Origin: Nitrososphaeraceae archaeon
GTDB taxonomy: Archaea; Thermoproteota; Nitrososphaeria; Nitrososphaerales; Nitrososphaeraceae
Direction of reading: 5' to 3'
Assembly (NCBI GenBank): GCA_036258455.1
Contig: DATADQ010000159.1
Location: 1-42,265 of the forward strand
DNA: 42,265 nucleotides
In this document: one piece after another, positions 28,186 to 37,757 of the stretch
Position numbering within the stretch: position 1 is the stretch's first letter
Layout of the letters: every line of letters begins with the position of its first letter
Translations under genes and position numbers: made by a program
Notes under the pieces: model-generated
Seen by the model: only the letters and a program-made list of their open reading frames with translations
What the model was told of the DNA's origin: nothing
The model's database searches: none

Positions 28186-29559
28186 TTATTTTTCATCTAG
28201 TGTTTCTCTAACAAGCCGGGTATATTCGTTGACCTTGGAATTGATTAGTAATTCATCTGTAGATTCTCCATAAATCCTAATCAACGGTTCAGTACCGCTG
28301 GGACGTAGCATTAACCAGCTCTCTTCATCAAACCAAATCTTGACACCGTCAAGTGTTTCAATTTTCATTGGCCTCCCGTGATTCTTTATCTTATCTATCA
28401 ATTTTTTAATTAATCCAATATCAGAACAATGAAATTTAGACTTGTATTGATAAACTAGTGGGAGGGATGACAACAATTCTGAAAGCGTCTTTTCTTCTGA
28501 CGCCAGTAAATCAAGCATCAATGCAGTTGTCAGGGCGCCATCTCGTACTTGGTTTAATATTCCGTACATGAAACCCCCATTCTCCTCCATTCCGATAAGA
28601 GCATTCTGCTTAACCATTTCACGAGAGACTTCGACGCTTCCAACTTTTGTATGAATAATCTCTGAATCGTTATCTTGTGCAATTTTTGTCAAGATATTGG
28701 TGGTGTTTATCGGACAAACAATTTTCGCTTTGTGGTGTTTCACAGAAATCAAGTATTTGGCCAATAAGGTTCCCGTTTTGTCGCCCCAATGAATGATTCC
28801 ACGTTCATCGCAAAATATGGATCTATCTCCATCCCCATCATACGCAGCGCCAAGTTCAGAATTAGTTTCTTTTGCAACAGAACTCATTAAATTAAGGTTT
28901 GATAGTGTTGGCTCTGATCCTCTTCCTGGGAAATTTCCGTCCACAGTTCCATTGATCGTGATTACCGTACATCCGAGTCTCTTAGCAAGTGCTGGTGCAA
29001 CTAGAGCTTGAACTCCATTTCCTAAATCCATCGTTATTTTAAATTTATGTTGCTTGATCCTGTCTACATCTACTAATTTTAGAACATCATCAATATAGAT
29101 ATCAATTATCATTTCTTCTTTGAAGTTTCGGCCTATGTTGTTTGAGTTAACAAATGATTTATTTCTAAAGATCTCTTCAACCACTATTTCATCATCCCTT
29201 GATAACTCAACTCCATCTTTTGCTATGGGCTTTACCCCATTGTATTCTGGAGGATTGTGGGAAGCAGTAATCATAATACCACCTTCATATTGATTTTTTT
29301 TAGTAGCATACTGAAGACAAGGTGTAGGTAAAAGACCTGCATCTACTGTATTTAGTCCACTTGAATTTAAGACTGCAGTGACAATATTAAACATGATATT
29401 ATTTGAATTTCGGCCATCTCTTCCAACCAAAATTGAACCTTCCTTGTAATAAGTCGCCAGAGACTGGGTCACATCCACTAAGAAATCCAGAGAAAGATCT
29501 TTTCCAAAAATTCCTCTAATTCCATTAGTACCAAATAATGGCATATTCTTATTCATCAT
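28186..29559 (-). CDS. Phosphoglucosamine mutase / phosphomannomutase (alpha-D-phosphohexomutase)
   Basis: FGTNGIRG, TASHNP, DGDGDR, RPSGTEP. Confidence 0.95.
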   Translation of the reverse strand: MMNKNMPLFGTNGIRGIFGKDLSLDFLVDVTQSLATYYKEGSILVGRDGRNSNNIMFNIVTAVLNSSGLNTVDAGLLPTPCLQYATKKNQYEGGIMITASHNPPEYNGVKPIAKDGVELSRDDEIVVEEIFRNKSFVNSNNIGRNFKEEMIIDIYIDDVLKLVDVDRIKQHKFKITMDLGNGVQALVAPALAKRLGCTVITINGTVDGNFPGRGSEPTLSNLNLMSSVAKETNSELGAAYDGDGDRSIFCDERGIIHWGDKTGTLLAKYLISVKHHKAKIVCPINTTNILTKIAQDNDSEIIHTKVGSVEVSREMVKQNALIGMEENGGFMYGILNQVRDGALTTALMLDLLASEEKTLSELLSSLPLVYQYKSKFHCSDIGLIKKLIDKIKNHGRPMKIETLDGVKIWFDEESWLMLRPSGTEPLIRIYGESTDELLINSKVNEYTRLVRETLDEK

Positions 29560-29622
29560 AACTAAACACCAATATATTCTAAATAATAGATAAATTTCGC
29601 CACGTAACTTTCAAAATTCGAT

Positions 29623-29753
29623 GCGGGGGTTGCCAAGCTAGGTCAACGGCGCAGGTCTCGTAAAAAACGAGTGCGACGCTTAGAATGGATAACATTCACA
29701 TTCCTAGAACCCTGTTCCTTAGGGATTCGTGGGTTCAAATCCCACCCCCCGCA
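29623..29753 (+). tRNA. tRNA-Leu(TAG) with two introns (29656-29677 and ~29686-29709)
   Basis: GCGGGGG/CCCCCGC-A acceptor, long variable arm TCCTTAGGGA, T arm GTGGG TTCAAAT CCCAC. Removing 22+24 nt yields an 85-nt tRNA with anticodon arm CAGGG CT TAG AA CCCTG. Confidence 0.92.
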
Positions 29754-29851
29754 TTCAAATTCAAAAGCATATATTTCCTTTTCCTATTACTCGCTAAATT
29801 ACCTGTGCACTAGGTTTCTAGATTTTGAAAGGAAAGTGAATATTCCATTAA

Positions 29852-30043
29852 TTAAAAACTGCACAATTTCTTGTGTTTTTCATCGTGAAAATGAAGGTCA
29901 CAAAAATCTCCATTACATGTATAGCAATGCCATCCTGACAGTGTGTAGCAAACTGAACATTTTCGTGTAGGGTTGTTAAAATCAAAGTCCTTTCTCGATT
30001 TCTTAAAAATTTTCTGTCTTTGTTCCGGACTCATTTCTTGCAA
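29852..30043 (-). CDS. Small Cys/His-rich zinc-finger protein
   Basis: CSVC...CYTC...CDLH...H pattern. Confidence 0.65.
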   Translation of the reverse strand: MQEMSPEQRQKIFKKSRKDFDFNNPTRKCSVCYTLSGWHCYTCNGDFCDLHFHDEKHKKLCSF

Positions 30044-30213
30044 ACCAAATTGTGAAGAACAGCCATGAAGAACATATCTATTCTAGTCTGTAAGATATAA
30101 ATTCACTAAAAGTGTATTTATCATCGCTTTAGAATTAAAATTAGCTTATTTAAGTATTAGTATTAGGATTTTTAGAATCCTTTAATTTTGAGGCTTTTTA
30201 ATCCATTGTAATC

Positions 30214-31083
30214 ATGAACAGAAATGACAGACTATTAGTTGAGGTAACAGTTGTAGGTAGAGACAGAAAAGGTGTCGTTGCTGATGTAACTAATTTTATT
30301 TTCAAAAACGATGGAAATATTGAGCAAATAAATCAAAATGTTATCAATGGACTATTTGGAATGCAACTGGAGGCGTCGTTTCATCATCATGGTTTTAAGA
30401 AAAAACTATTTGATACTGAACTAAAGACCTTGGCAAAAAAATTACGGATGGAAGTAAAGATCCACTACCAAGAGCCTAAAAGATTAAAGAACATTGCCAT
30501 TTTTGTTAGCAAAGAAAGTCACTGCCTCATCAAATTGCTGGATGCAAAAGCATCTGGTGATATAAGTGCAAATATTGTTGTCATTATAGGAAGCGAGAAT
30601 ATGACAACTTCTATTGTAGAAAAATACAACATTCCATTTCATCACATAGTACATTCCAGGCAAACAGACGCTGAAGATGAAATTCTGGATATACTGGATC
30701 GCTACAATGTAGATTTAATAGTTCTAGGAAGATACATGAAAATATTGACTCCAAACTTTGTCTGGAGGTATCCTGATAGGATAATTAATATTCATCCGTC
30801 ATTATTGCCTGCATTTCCGGGGGCATATGCATATGTCCAGGCCTATGAAAGAGGCGCAAAAATAGTTGGGTGTACTGCTCATTTTGTTACCGAAGATCTC
30901 GACCAAGGACCAATAATATGTCAAGAATCATTTAGAGTCAGACAAGGCGATACTGTAGAATCAATCAAGAGAAGAGGACAGAAACTAGAAGCAGTAACAT
31001 TACTAGAAGCAGTAACGTTATACCTTGAAAACCGTATAGAAGTAAATTGGGGACGAGTTGTCATTAAAGACACAAAATACTGA
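30214..31083 (+). CDS. purU: Formyltetrahydrofolate deformylase
   Basis: N-terminal ACT domain (GRDRKGVVA), VSKESHCL, INIHPSLLPAF, DLDQGPII. Confidence 0.93.
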   Translation: MNRNDRLLVEVTVVGRDRKGVVADVTNFIFKNDGNIEQINQNVINGLFGMQLEASFHHHGFKKKLFDTELKTLAKKLRMEVKIHYQEPKRLKNIAIFVSKESHCLIKLLDAKASGDISANIVVIIGSENMTTSIVEKYNIPFHHIVHSRQTDAEDEILDILDRYNVDLIVLGRYMKILTPNFVWRYPDRIINIHPSLLPAFPGAYAYVQAYERGAKIVGCTAHFVTEDLDQGPIICQESFRVRQGDTVESIKRRGQKLEAVTLLEAVTLYLENRIEVNWGRVVIKDTKY

Positions 31084-31166
31084 TAGAGAATTAGTATTGT
31101 CCAAACGATAAAAATTGAAGGTTTGTTTGATTAGTTTAATAACTCTGTTCAATATCTGTAATATTA

Positions 31167-31877
31167 ATGTCCATAGACCATCTGAGTAATCACGAGATAA
31201 AAAATACCAAACGACGAATAATAATACCATTAGGATCCATAGAGCAACACGGGCCGCATCTTCCAATAACTACTGATACCATAATTGCAGAGTATTTAGC
31301 AAACCAAATTTCAAAAAAAATTCCTTCGTATGTTCTACCAAATATTACTTACGGAGTATCATACGAACACAAGCCATTTTTCAACGTTTCGATAAGCAAT
31401 GATCTACTTTCCGAACTTTTAAGTCAAATATGTATTTCATTGGGGGAAAATGGTTTTCACTATCTCATAATATTAAATGGCCATCATGGAAATATGGGAG
31501 TGCTGCAATATGTTCCTCAGAAAGTCGCAAAGACTAATGAAAGAGTGAACGTATTTGGGATTAACTACTGGCAGCTGACTGAAAGGGAATTCGACCATGC
31601 TGGTTTTGTGGAAACATCATTAATGCTCGCTATCGAACCAAAACTGGTCCAAATACAAAAAACCAAAAGAGGATATGTGGACGAAAAAAGATTGCATGCT
31701 ACATATTCGACTTTTCTAAATAATCCATCATCATTTAAGATAACAAAAAATGGAATTTGGGGTGATCCCACAAAGGCTTCTAAAGAAGAGGGTCAAAAAA
31801 TAATATCGATCACAGTCAAAAATCTTGTTCGATCAATAAAAGAACTTGAAGAGCTTGATGATCTAATTAAATTATAG
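31167..31877 (+). CDS. Creatininase/creatinine amidohydrolase family protein
   Basis: GSIEQHGPHLP, NGHHGN, HAGFVETS, GIWGDP. Confidence 0.93.
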   Translation: MSIDHLSNHEIKNTKRRIIIPLGSIEQHGPHLPITTDTIIAEYLANQISKKIPSYVLPNITYGVSYEHKPFFNVSISNDLLSELLSQICISLGENGFHYLIILNGHHGNMGVLQYVPQKVAKTNERVNVFGINYWQLTEREFDHAGFVETSLMLAIEPKLVQIQKTKRGYVDEKRLHATYSTFLNNPSSFKITKNGIWGDPTKASKEEGQKIISITVKNLVRSIKELEELDDLIKL

Positions 31878-32031
31878 ATTTATCTTTTGAACCAGAAATT
31901 TGTTTTTTGTATTAGTAAAAATATGACACTTTTGAATAGATTCATAAAAACTATCCATTTTTAGAGTGTGATTAATTATTATTAACTTTAATATAGACCT
32001 TCATTAAGGAATACCATAGGTAGTGAAATAG

Positions 32032-32262
32032 ATGTCCGTTGACATGGCTGTAAAGGTCCTTGACGAAAGTTTAGGTAAGGTAGTCCTCATAAAATTGAAA
32101 GGGAGTAAAGTAATTCGTGGAAATTTACATGGATTTGATCAACATATGAATTTGCTACTAGACAATTCTGTAGAACTACTTGATGAAGGAAAATCTAATG
32201 AAATTGGAACTATTGTTGTAAGGGGAGATAATGTTGTAATGATATCTCCGCCGCCACTTTGA
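32032..32262 (+). CDS. Sm-like (Lsm/SmAP) RNA-binding protein
   Basis: GFDQHMNL (Sm1) and VRGDNV (Sm2). Confidence 0.96.
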   Translation: MSVDMAVKVLDESLGKVVLIKLKGSKVIRGNLHGFDQHMNLLLDNSVELLDEGKSNEIGTIVVRGDNVVMISPPPL

Positions 32263-32297
32263 CACACTAATTTTGATGCTTTTGGAGGAGAGTTAGA

Positions 32298-32468
32298 ATG
32301 ACAAAAGGAACCACCTCAATGGGAAAATTCACTAGAAAGAGGACCCACATAAGATGCAGAAGATGTGGACATAACTCATTTCACAAAAGAGACAAACGGT
32401 GCTCAAAATGCGGATATCCAGATCCAAAAACGCGAAAATACGACTGGATTAAGCGCAGAGTGACTTAG
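32298..32468 (+). CDS. rpl37e: 50S ribosomal protein eL37
   Basis: Below the ORF-track cutoff; [41 protein letters not shown]...; GGAGGAG upstream; usual position after Lsm. Confidence 0.96.
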   Translation: MTKGTTSMGKFTRKRTHIRCRRCGHNSFHKRDKRCSKCGYPDPKTRKYDWIKRRVT

Positions 32469-32518
32469 ACAGTCTAAGGACAAGACTTAACAGTATGTTG
32501 TAATTTAATATTCTAAAG

Positions 32519-33265
32519 TTGGACTTGATTATTGCATCATTTTCAGTAGGTCTAGGTGCAATATCTTCTCTAGTTTTTAATCAGATAAGAAAGCAAAGAA
32601 TAGCAAAAGTACGCAAAAATAAGAAAAATAGAAAGGAAGAAAATTATTTTGATACCAACAAAAATAGTTCTGACCTTAAAATGATGAAAAATGAATTGGA
32701 TTCGCTAGAAGTTGAAAGATCGATAATTACTAGTTCTGTGAGAAAAATACATGAAACTTTTCTAGAAGGTAAACTAAGTCAATTGGAGTTTGACAGACTA
32801 ATGATAAAATACGGTGAGGACTTAACAAAATGTGATGAAGAAATTGAGCAAGCTCGATCAGTTGTTGATCTTTACGATTTAAGTTCGATAAGGAACAATC
32901 TTGTTTCCATAATGGAAGACAAAATTAAAGTCATCGATTCAAGGCTAAGTGAGATCTCTGATAGGAATTTCAACACGCCAACAAAAAGACCAAAACAGAC
33001 AGGACATGATCCCACTCGTCAAAATTTTGAAAATGCTCCTTTTCGTGGACGAAATCTAGATAATTCATTGCGTATAGAAGCTGAAAAGATAATGAAATTG
33101 GAGACAGAGGTTACTCAAGCACTTGAGAAACTCGATAGTTACGAATCCACAAAATTAGAAGGAATTAACAAAAGTGGTATTTTAAAAAGTGATTTGGATC
33201 TATCAAGCAACTTGAATGTAACTAACAAAAAGGATCCACTTAGAAATTTCACACCATCAAAGTAA
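32519..33265 (+). CDS. Hypothetical protein, N-terminal membrane anchor plus coiled coil
   Basis: Hydrophobic N-terminus, basic patch, heptad-rich body. Confidence 0.75.
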   Translation: MDLIIASFSVGLGAISSLVFNQIRKQRIAKVRKNKKNRKEENYFDTNKNSSDLKMMKNELDSLEVERSIITSSVRKIHETFLEGKLSQLEFDRLMIKYGEDLTKCDEEIEQARSVVDLYDLSSIRNNLVSIMEDKIKVIDSRLSEISDRNFNTPTKRPKQTGHDPTRQNFENAPFRGRNLDNSLRIEAEKIMKLETEVTQALEKLDSYESTKLEGINKSGILKSDLDLSSNLNVTNKKDPLRNFTPSK

Positions 33266-33327
33266 ATTAGAAAAAATAATTAGATGGTGAACTCATTATT
33301 ACTAGGGATTCATAGTTTCAGATTTGA

Positions 33328-33465
33328 TTATTTTCCTATTCTGAACATTTTAGTACCACAGGTTGAACATATTCCTTGGGTTGCCGGTTTTCCATTTTTC
33401 ATTGTTATCTTTTTTTCATCATTCATAGTCCTCTTCTGTTTACACTTTACACAATATCCTTCCAT
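33328..33465 (-). CDS. Small basic zinc-ribbon protein (DUF5679-like)
   Basis: Below the ORF-track cutoff; MEGYCVKCKQKRTMNDEKKITMKNGKPATQGICSTCGTKMFRIGK*. Confidence 0.88.
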   Translation of the reverse strand: MEGYCVKCKQKRTMNDEKKITMKNGKPATQGICSTCGTKMFRIGK

Positions 33466-33683
33466 GAAAAATAGAATTCGTGTGTGCATAAAAACATTAT
33501 GTATTGAATCTTTGTTTGGTCAAGAAAATCACCAAACATTGTTCCAATTAGGAAAACTATATAACATTTGACCTACCATGGTACTTTTTACTTAAATTCT
33601 CTCTCATATAGTTTCAATTACTTAAATTTGGCATCAAATTTAATTAAAAATTAAGAATCTGAAATTTAATCGGATTTTGAAAA

Positions 33684-33691
33684 TTTATAAA
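33684..33691 (+). promoter_or_regulatory. TATA box for mdh
   Basis: TTTATAAA preceded by GAAAA (BRE-like), 26-33 nt upstream of the ATG. Confidence 0.6.
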
Positions 33692-33716
33692 TAATCCCAA
33701 CTTCGTTGATTGTAAA

Positions 33717-34640
33717 ATGAAAATTACTGTGATAGGAGCAGGTAGAGTCGGCTCTTCTGTGGCACTGAATTGCTCTATGAGGGAGCTAGGTGATATCTTA
33801 CTTCTTGATATAGTGGAAGGTTTACCACAAGGTGAGGCAATGGATATTAACCATCAGCTTGCAGAACGCGGAATAGATTGCACCGTGGTAGGGTCCAATA
33901 ACTATGAAGACATGAAAGGGTCGGAGTTTGTAGTTATTGTGGCAGGAGTAGGAAGAAAACCTGGAATGACACGTATGGATTTGTTGAAAACGAATGCTGA
34001 AATAGTGAATGATGTTTGCGATAAAATTAAGAACTACGCTCAGAATTCAAAGATTATTGTAGTAACAAATCCACTTGACCCCTTGACATACCTCGTAATC
34101 AAGACGCTGTCATGTAAAAGAACCAGAATTATGGGCATGGGCGGAATGTTAGACTTATCAAGATTTAAAGAACATATCAGCGCGGTTACAGGAGTATCTA
34201 GAGATTCAATTGAAGCAATGGTAATAAGCGAACACGGAGAAAACATGTTGCCACTTGTTAGATTCTCGAGTATGGGTGGAATACCATTAACTGATTTCAT
34301 AACGGCAGAACAATCACAAGATCTTACGAATAAGACAAAAAAGATAGCAGCTGAAGTAATTTCATTAAAAGGTGCAACAGTCTATGCTCCAGGTAATGCA
34401 GTTTCAACCATGGTGGAGAGTATCATAAAAAACAAAAGAGCAATTCTACCAGTATCCGCTTTACTTGAAGGAGAATATGGTTACAGCGACGTATGTATAG
34501 GTGTACCCTGTGTCCTTGGGAGTGAAGGAATAGAAAAAATAATTGAACTAAAATTAAATGAAGATGAAATGAAAATCTTTGACCTAGGAGTTCAGAGTGT
34601 AAAAAATGCTATAAAAAATTTTTCAATACGACCAATATAG
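33717..34640 (+). CDS. mdh: Malate dehydrogenase (LDH-like)
   Basis: GAGRVG, RKPGMTRMDL (Arg specificity), VTNPLD, LDLSRF, EHGE. Confidence 0.96.
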   Translation: MKITVIGAGRVGSSVALNCSMRELGDILLLDIVEGLPQGEAMDINHQLAERGIDCTVVGSNNYEDMKGSEFVVIVAGVGRKPGMTRMDLLKTNAEIVNDVCDKIKNYAQNSKIIVVTNPLDPLTYLVIKTLSCKRTRIMGMGGMLDLSRFKEHISAVTGVSRDSIEAMVISEHGENMLPLVRFSSMGGIPLTDFITAEQSQDLTNKTKKIAAEVISLKGATVYAPGNAVSTMVESIIKNKRAILPVSALLEGEYGYSDVCIGVPCVLGSEGIEKIIELKLNEDEMKIFDLGVQSVKNAIKNFSIRPI

Positions 34641-34664
34641 GATCAAAAATGAAATCTCAAAGAA

Positions 34665-35456
34665 ATGGAAATTAGAAAAATTTTAGAAAAGCTAGCAAAA
34701 GATGAAATATCTGTTGCTGCGGCAGAACAAGAATTAAGAATTTATTCAATTGAATATGTAGAAAAAAATTTGGCAAAAATAGATCCACTGCGTGAGATAA
34801 GGAGCGGAATCCCTGAAGTAATCTTTGCTCAAGGAAAAGAGTTTAACGACCTCTCTAAAATTATTCTTGCGATAGTTTCCAGGAAAAAATTTGCTGTGAT
34901 AAGTAAAGTTAGTCCTGAATATAAGGAAAGGCTATGTCATGATCTTGAAAAGGAAAATTTGAAAATTACTAAGGGAATCAACACAATATTGGTTTCTACA
35001 AAGTCCTACAAGGTTCTTAAAAGGAATGGAAAAATAGGTATACTTTGCGCCGGAACTTCAGATATTAAAATAGCTGAAGAGGCAAAAATCATGGCAGAAG
35101 TAATGGGCAGTGAGACTGTGATAGAATATGATGTTGGCATTTCAGGAATTCATAGAACACTGAAAGCCATTGCAGATATGATAAATGCTAAAGTCCACAT
35201 AATTATTGTAGTAGCTGGTATGGAGGGTGCATTGGGCTCCTTTGTTTCTTCAGTTACAGACATACCAGTCATAGGAGTTCCAACTTCAATCGGATACGGG
35301 TTTGGCTCAAATGGTATCGCTGCTCTAGCTTCCATGCTTCAAACATGTACTATGGGGATGACGGTGGTAAATATCGATAATGGAATAGGCGCAGGAGCTT
35401 TTGCTGCGATGGTAGCAAACAAGATGTCAACTGAACACAAGACAAAACCCATATAA
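34665..35456 (+). CDS. larB: Nickel-pincer cofactor biosynthesis protein LarB (PurE-like)
   Basis: PEVIFAQGK, AGTSD, DVGISGIHR, AGMEGAL, PTSIGYG, VVNIDNG. Confidence 0.9.
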   Translation: MEIRKILEKLAKDEISVAAAEQELRIYSIEYVEKNLAKIDPLREIRSGIPEVIFAQGKEFNDLSKIILAIVSRKKFAVISKVSPEYKERLCHDLEKENLKITKGINTILVSTKSYKVLKRNGKIGILCAGTSDIKIAEEAKIMAEVMGSETVIEYDVGISGIHRTLKAIADMINAKVHIIIVVAGMEGALGSFVSSVTDIPVIGVPTSIGYGFGSNGIAALASMLQTCTMGMTVVNIDNGIGAGAFAAMVANKMSTEHKTKPI

Positions 35457-35525
35457 TGAAGATTTATAAGTAATTCATATTCTTGTCAATTTTATAAATA
35501 GGGTAGACAGGTGAATTTTCAGTTT

Positions 35526-36167
35526 ATGGTTTATACTTCCACATTCAGGAGAATAAGAGAAGGTAAAACAAATTACAGAAAGCGAGAAAAATTGTTAATT
35601 GGTAAACAGGATTTTGTAACAGTCAATGTCAGTGATCAAAACGTTTCGGCACAATTAATAAGACCGGATCTTCTTGGGGACAAAGTATTAGCCTCTGTTC
35701 ATAGTAACGAATTACTATCATATGGATGGAAAGGATCACGCAAGAATATACCCTCGTGTTATCTAGTTGGTCTCTTATTAGGTAAAAAATGCCTGCAAAA
35801 AAAGATTACTCGGGCTATATTATATATCGGAAAAAGACATTTTACGACAAAAATTGCTGCGTGCTTGAAGGGTTTATCTGAGGCAGGATTGGAAATGCCT
35901 TTTTCGGAGAATATTGTTCCTTCTGATAAAAGGATTCAAGGTAATCATATTGCAGAATATGCAAAAAAACTAAAAGTAGATGATGACCTTTACAAGTCAA
36001 GATTTTCTTCCAACTTGGGTTTAGGCTTGGAACCAGAAAAATATCCCAACCACTTTTCAGAAGTAAAAGACAGGATTGTAAACGAAAAAGGTGAAAAAAA
36101 ATCGGATAAACAACCCAAAGGTGTCTCTAAGTCTAAATCGACCAAAAAGAAAGGAGATTCAAAATGA
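35526..36167 (+). CDS. rpl18: 50S ribosomal protein uL18
   Basis: RRIREGKTNYRKR, GDKVLASVHSNEL, RIQGNHI. Confidence 0.96.
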   Translation: MVYTSTFRRIREGKTNYRKREKLLIGKQDFVTVNVSDQNVSAQLIRPDLLGDKVLASVHSNELLSYGWKGSRKNIPSCYLVGLLLGKKCLQKKITRAILYIGKRHFTTKIAACLKGLSEAGLEMPFSENIVPSDKRIQGNHIAEYAKKLKVDDDLYKSRFSSNLGLGLEPEKYPNHFSEVKDRIVNEKGEKKSDKQPKGVSKSKSTKKKGDSK

Positions 36168-36781
36168 GCAATCCAAGAAGCAGTGAACAAATAACAGTAT
36201 GGAAGCCTCGTACGGCTCTAGGACAGATGGTAATAGAAAATAAGATCAGTTCAATGGAACAAATTTATGAAAATGGCATGCGTATACAAGAATCCGAAAT
36301 AGTAAAACACCTACTTCCGGATATAAAGAGTCAAGTTGTACATGTCGGAATAGTACAGAAGCAAACAGATGCTGGCGAGATGACCAGATTTAGTGCGCTG
36401 GTTGCTGTTGGCAATGAAGCAGGATGGTTTGGAATAGGTATGGGGAAGGCTTCTCAAATGAGAATTGCAATTGATAAGGCAACAATTAATTCATATCTTA
36501 ATATAATTCCGGTGAAATTAGGTTGTGGTAGCTGGGAATGTCGGTGCACGCAGCTTCACTCCATACCTTTCAATGTTCGAGGAAGAGGCGGAAGTGTGAA
36601 AGTGGAGATTTTACCAGGACCTAGAGGTTTAGGGCTTGTGGCTGGAGAGAATATAAAAAATCTATTGAAGCTGGCAGGCATTAAGGATGCATGGACAAAA
36701 TCATTTGGATCTACTAATACGATGACTTCCACCGCGATGGCAATATTTAACGCATTGAACTCAACTTACATTACAGGATGA
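36164..36781 (+). CDS. rps5: 30S ribosomal protein uS5
   Basis: WKPRTALG, VQKQTDAG, GCGSWEC, PGPRGLGLV. Confidence 0.97.
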   Translation: MSNPRSSEQITVWKPRTALGQMVIENKISSMEQIYENGMRIQESEIVKHLLPDIKSQVVHVGIVQKQTDAGEMTRFSALVAVGNEAGWFGIGMGKASQMRIAIDKATINSYLNIIPVKLGCGSWECRCTQLHSIPFNVRGRGGSVKVEILPGPRGLGLVAGENIKNLLKLAGIKDAWTKSFGSTNTMTSTAMAIFNALNSTYITG

Positions 36782-36784
36782 AAG

Positions 36785-37252
36785 ATGGCACTATTAGTAG
36801 TTAGGATGAGAGGAACGATAAATGTGCCGTACTGGGCAATAGCTACCCTAAAGAATCTTTATTTGAACAAAAAGTTTTCTGCCACCCTGGTGCCTGAAAC
36901 CTCAAATTATTTGGGAATGCTAAGGAAAATTAATCAATGGGTAGCTTGGTCAAAAGCAGATTCGGAAATTGTAAGAACTTTAATTGAAAAAAGAGGCAAA
37001 AAGAAAAATCCGAAATTAGATCCATCAAAAAAAGGAAGCAAAAGTACTGACGAATACAAGGGTATCGATGAACTTGTTGATGTCATAGTAAATGATAAAA
37101 TAAAATTCTCCGATCAAAATAATATTAAACCCTGGTTTAGTTTGAATCCGCCGAATGGCGGTTTCAAAAAGAACACCAAAAAACAATTCTCAGATGGCGG
37201 TATCCTTGGAAATAACAAAGATTTGCTTGAAATTGTAAAAAAAATGGTATAA
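36785..37252 (+). CDS. rpl30: 50S ribosomal protein uL30 (long archaeal form)
   Basis: VVRMRG, FSLNPPNGGF. Confidence 0.95.
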   Translation: MALLVVRMRGTINVPYWAIATLKNLYLNKKFSATLVPETSNYLGMLRKINQWVAWSKADSEIVRTLIEKRGKKKNPKLDPSKKGSKSTDEYKGIDELVDVIVNDKIKFSDQNNIKPWFSLNPPNGGFKKNTKKQFSDGGILGNNKDLLEIVKKMV

Positions 37253-37325
37253 CTTGATTGAACAAAAAATGAGTTTTACATTTATATTTACACATGCTCT
37301 TTTGATCGTACTAGGTGTATCTTAG

Positions 37326-37757
37326 ATGGCTACTAGATTGAGAAAAAGCCGAAGACAACGAGGTTCAAGATATTGCGGGTGGGGTCAAATAGGACAACAC
37401 AGACAATCTGGTAGCCGAGGAGGAATAGGCGGAGGCGGAAAACATAAGCATTTTTGGATACGAACAGTAATTGAAGAGCCAAATCACTTTGGACACGATA
37501 CACTTAATTCATATAGTCAATTTTTGGTCAAAAAATGGATAAATTTAAGAGATCTTAAAACTCTCTCATTTAAATTCACTGGTAAAAAGGATGAAAAAAC
37601 TGTTCTGGATCTCAAATCATTGGGGATTCAAAAACTCTTGGGCGGTGGGAATATCAGCGAAGGTTATGTTATTAAAGTAGCACAAGCATCTGCAAGTGCG
37701 AAAAAGAAAATAGAATCAGCAGGAGGTAGGATAATTTCAAATGAGTACAGTACATGA
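37326..37757 (+). CDS. rpl15: 50S ribosomal protein uL15
   Basis: RGSRYCGWG, KLLGGG, AKKKIESAGG. Confidence 0.96.
   Translation: MATRLRKSRRQRGSRYCGWGQIGQHRQSGSRGGIGGGGKHKHFWIRTVIEEPNHFGHDTLNSYSQFLVKKWINLRDLKTLSFKFTGKKDEKTVLDLKSLGIQKLLGGGNISEGYVIKVAQASASAKKKIESAGGRIISNEYST

Noticed and set aside
29671..29970. 99-aa ORF
   Set aside because: Starts inside tRNA-Leu; spurious.
30985..31020. 18-bp tandem repeat in purU (LEAVTL x2)
   Set aside because: The repeat is real, but C-terminal spacing seems to match typical PurU with no insertion, so it is probably not significant.
33284..33571. Plus-strand hydrophobic 95-aa ORF
   Set aside because: Antisense shadow of the Lys-rich DUF5679-like gene.
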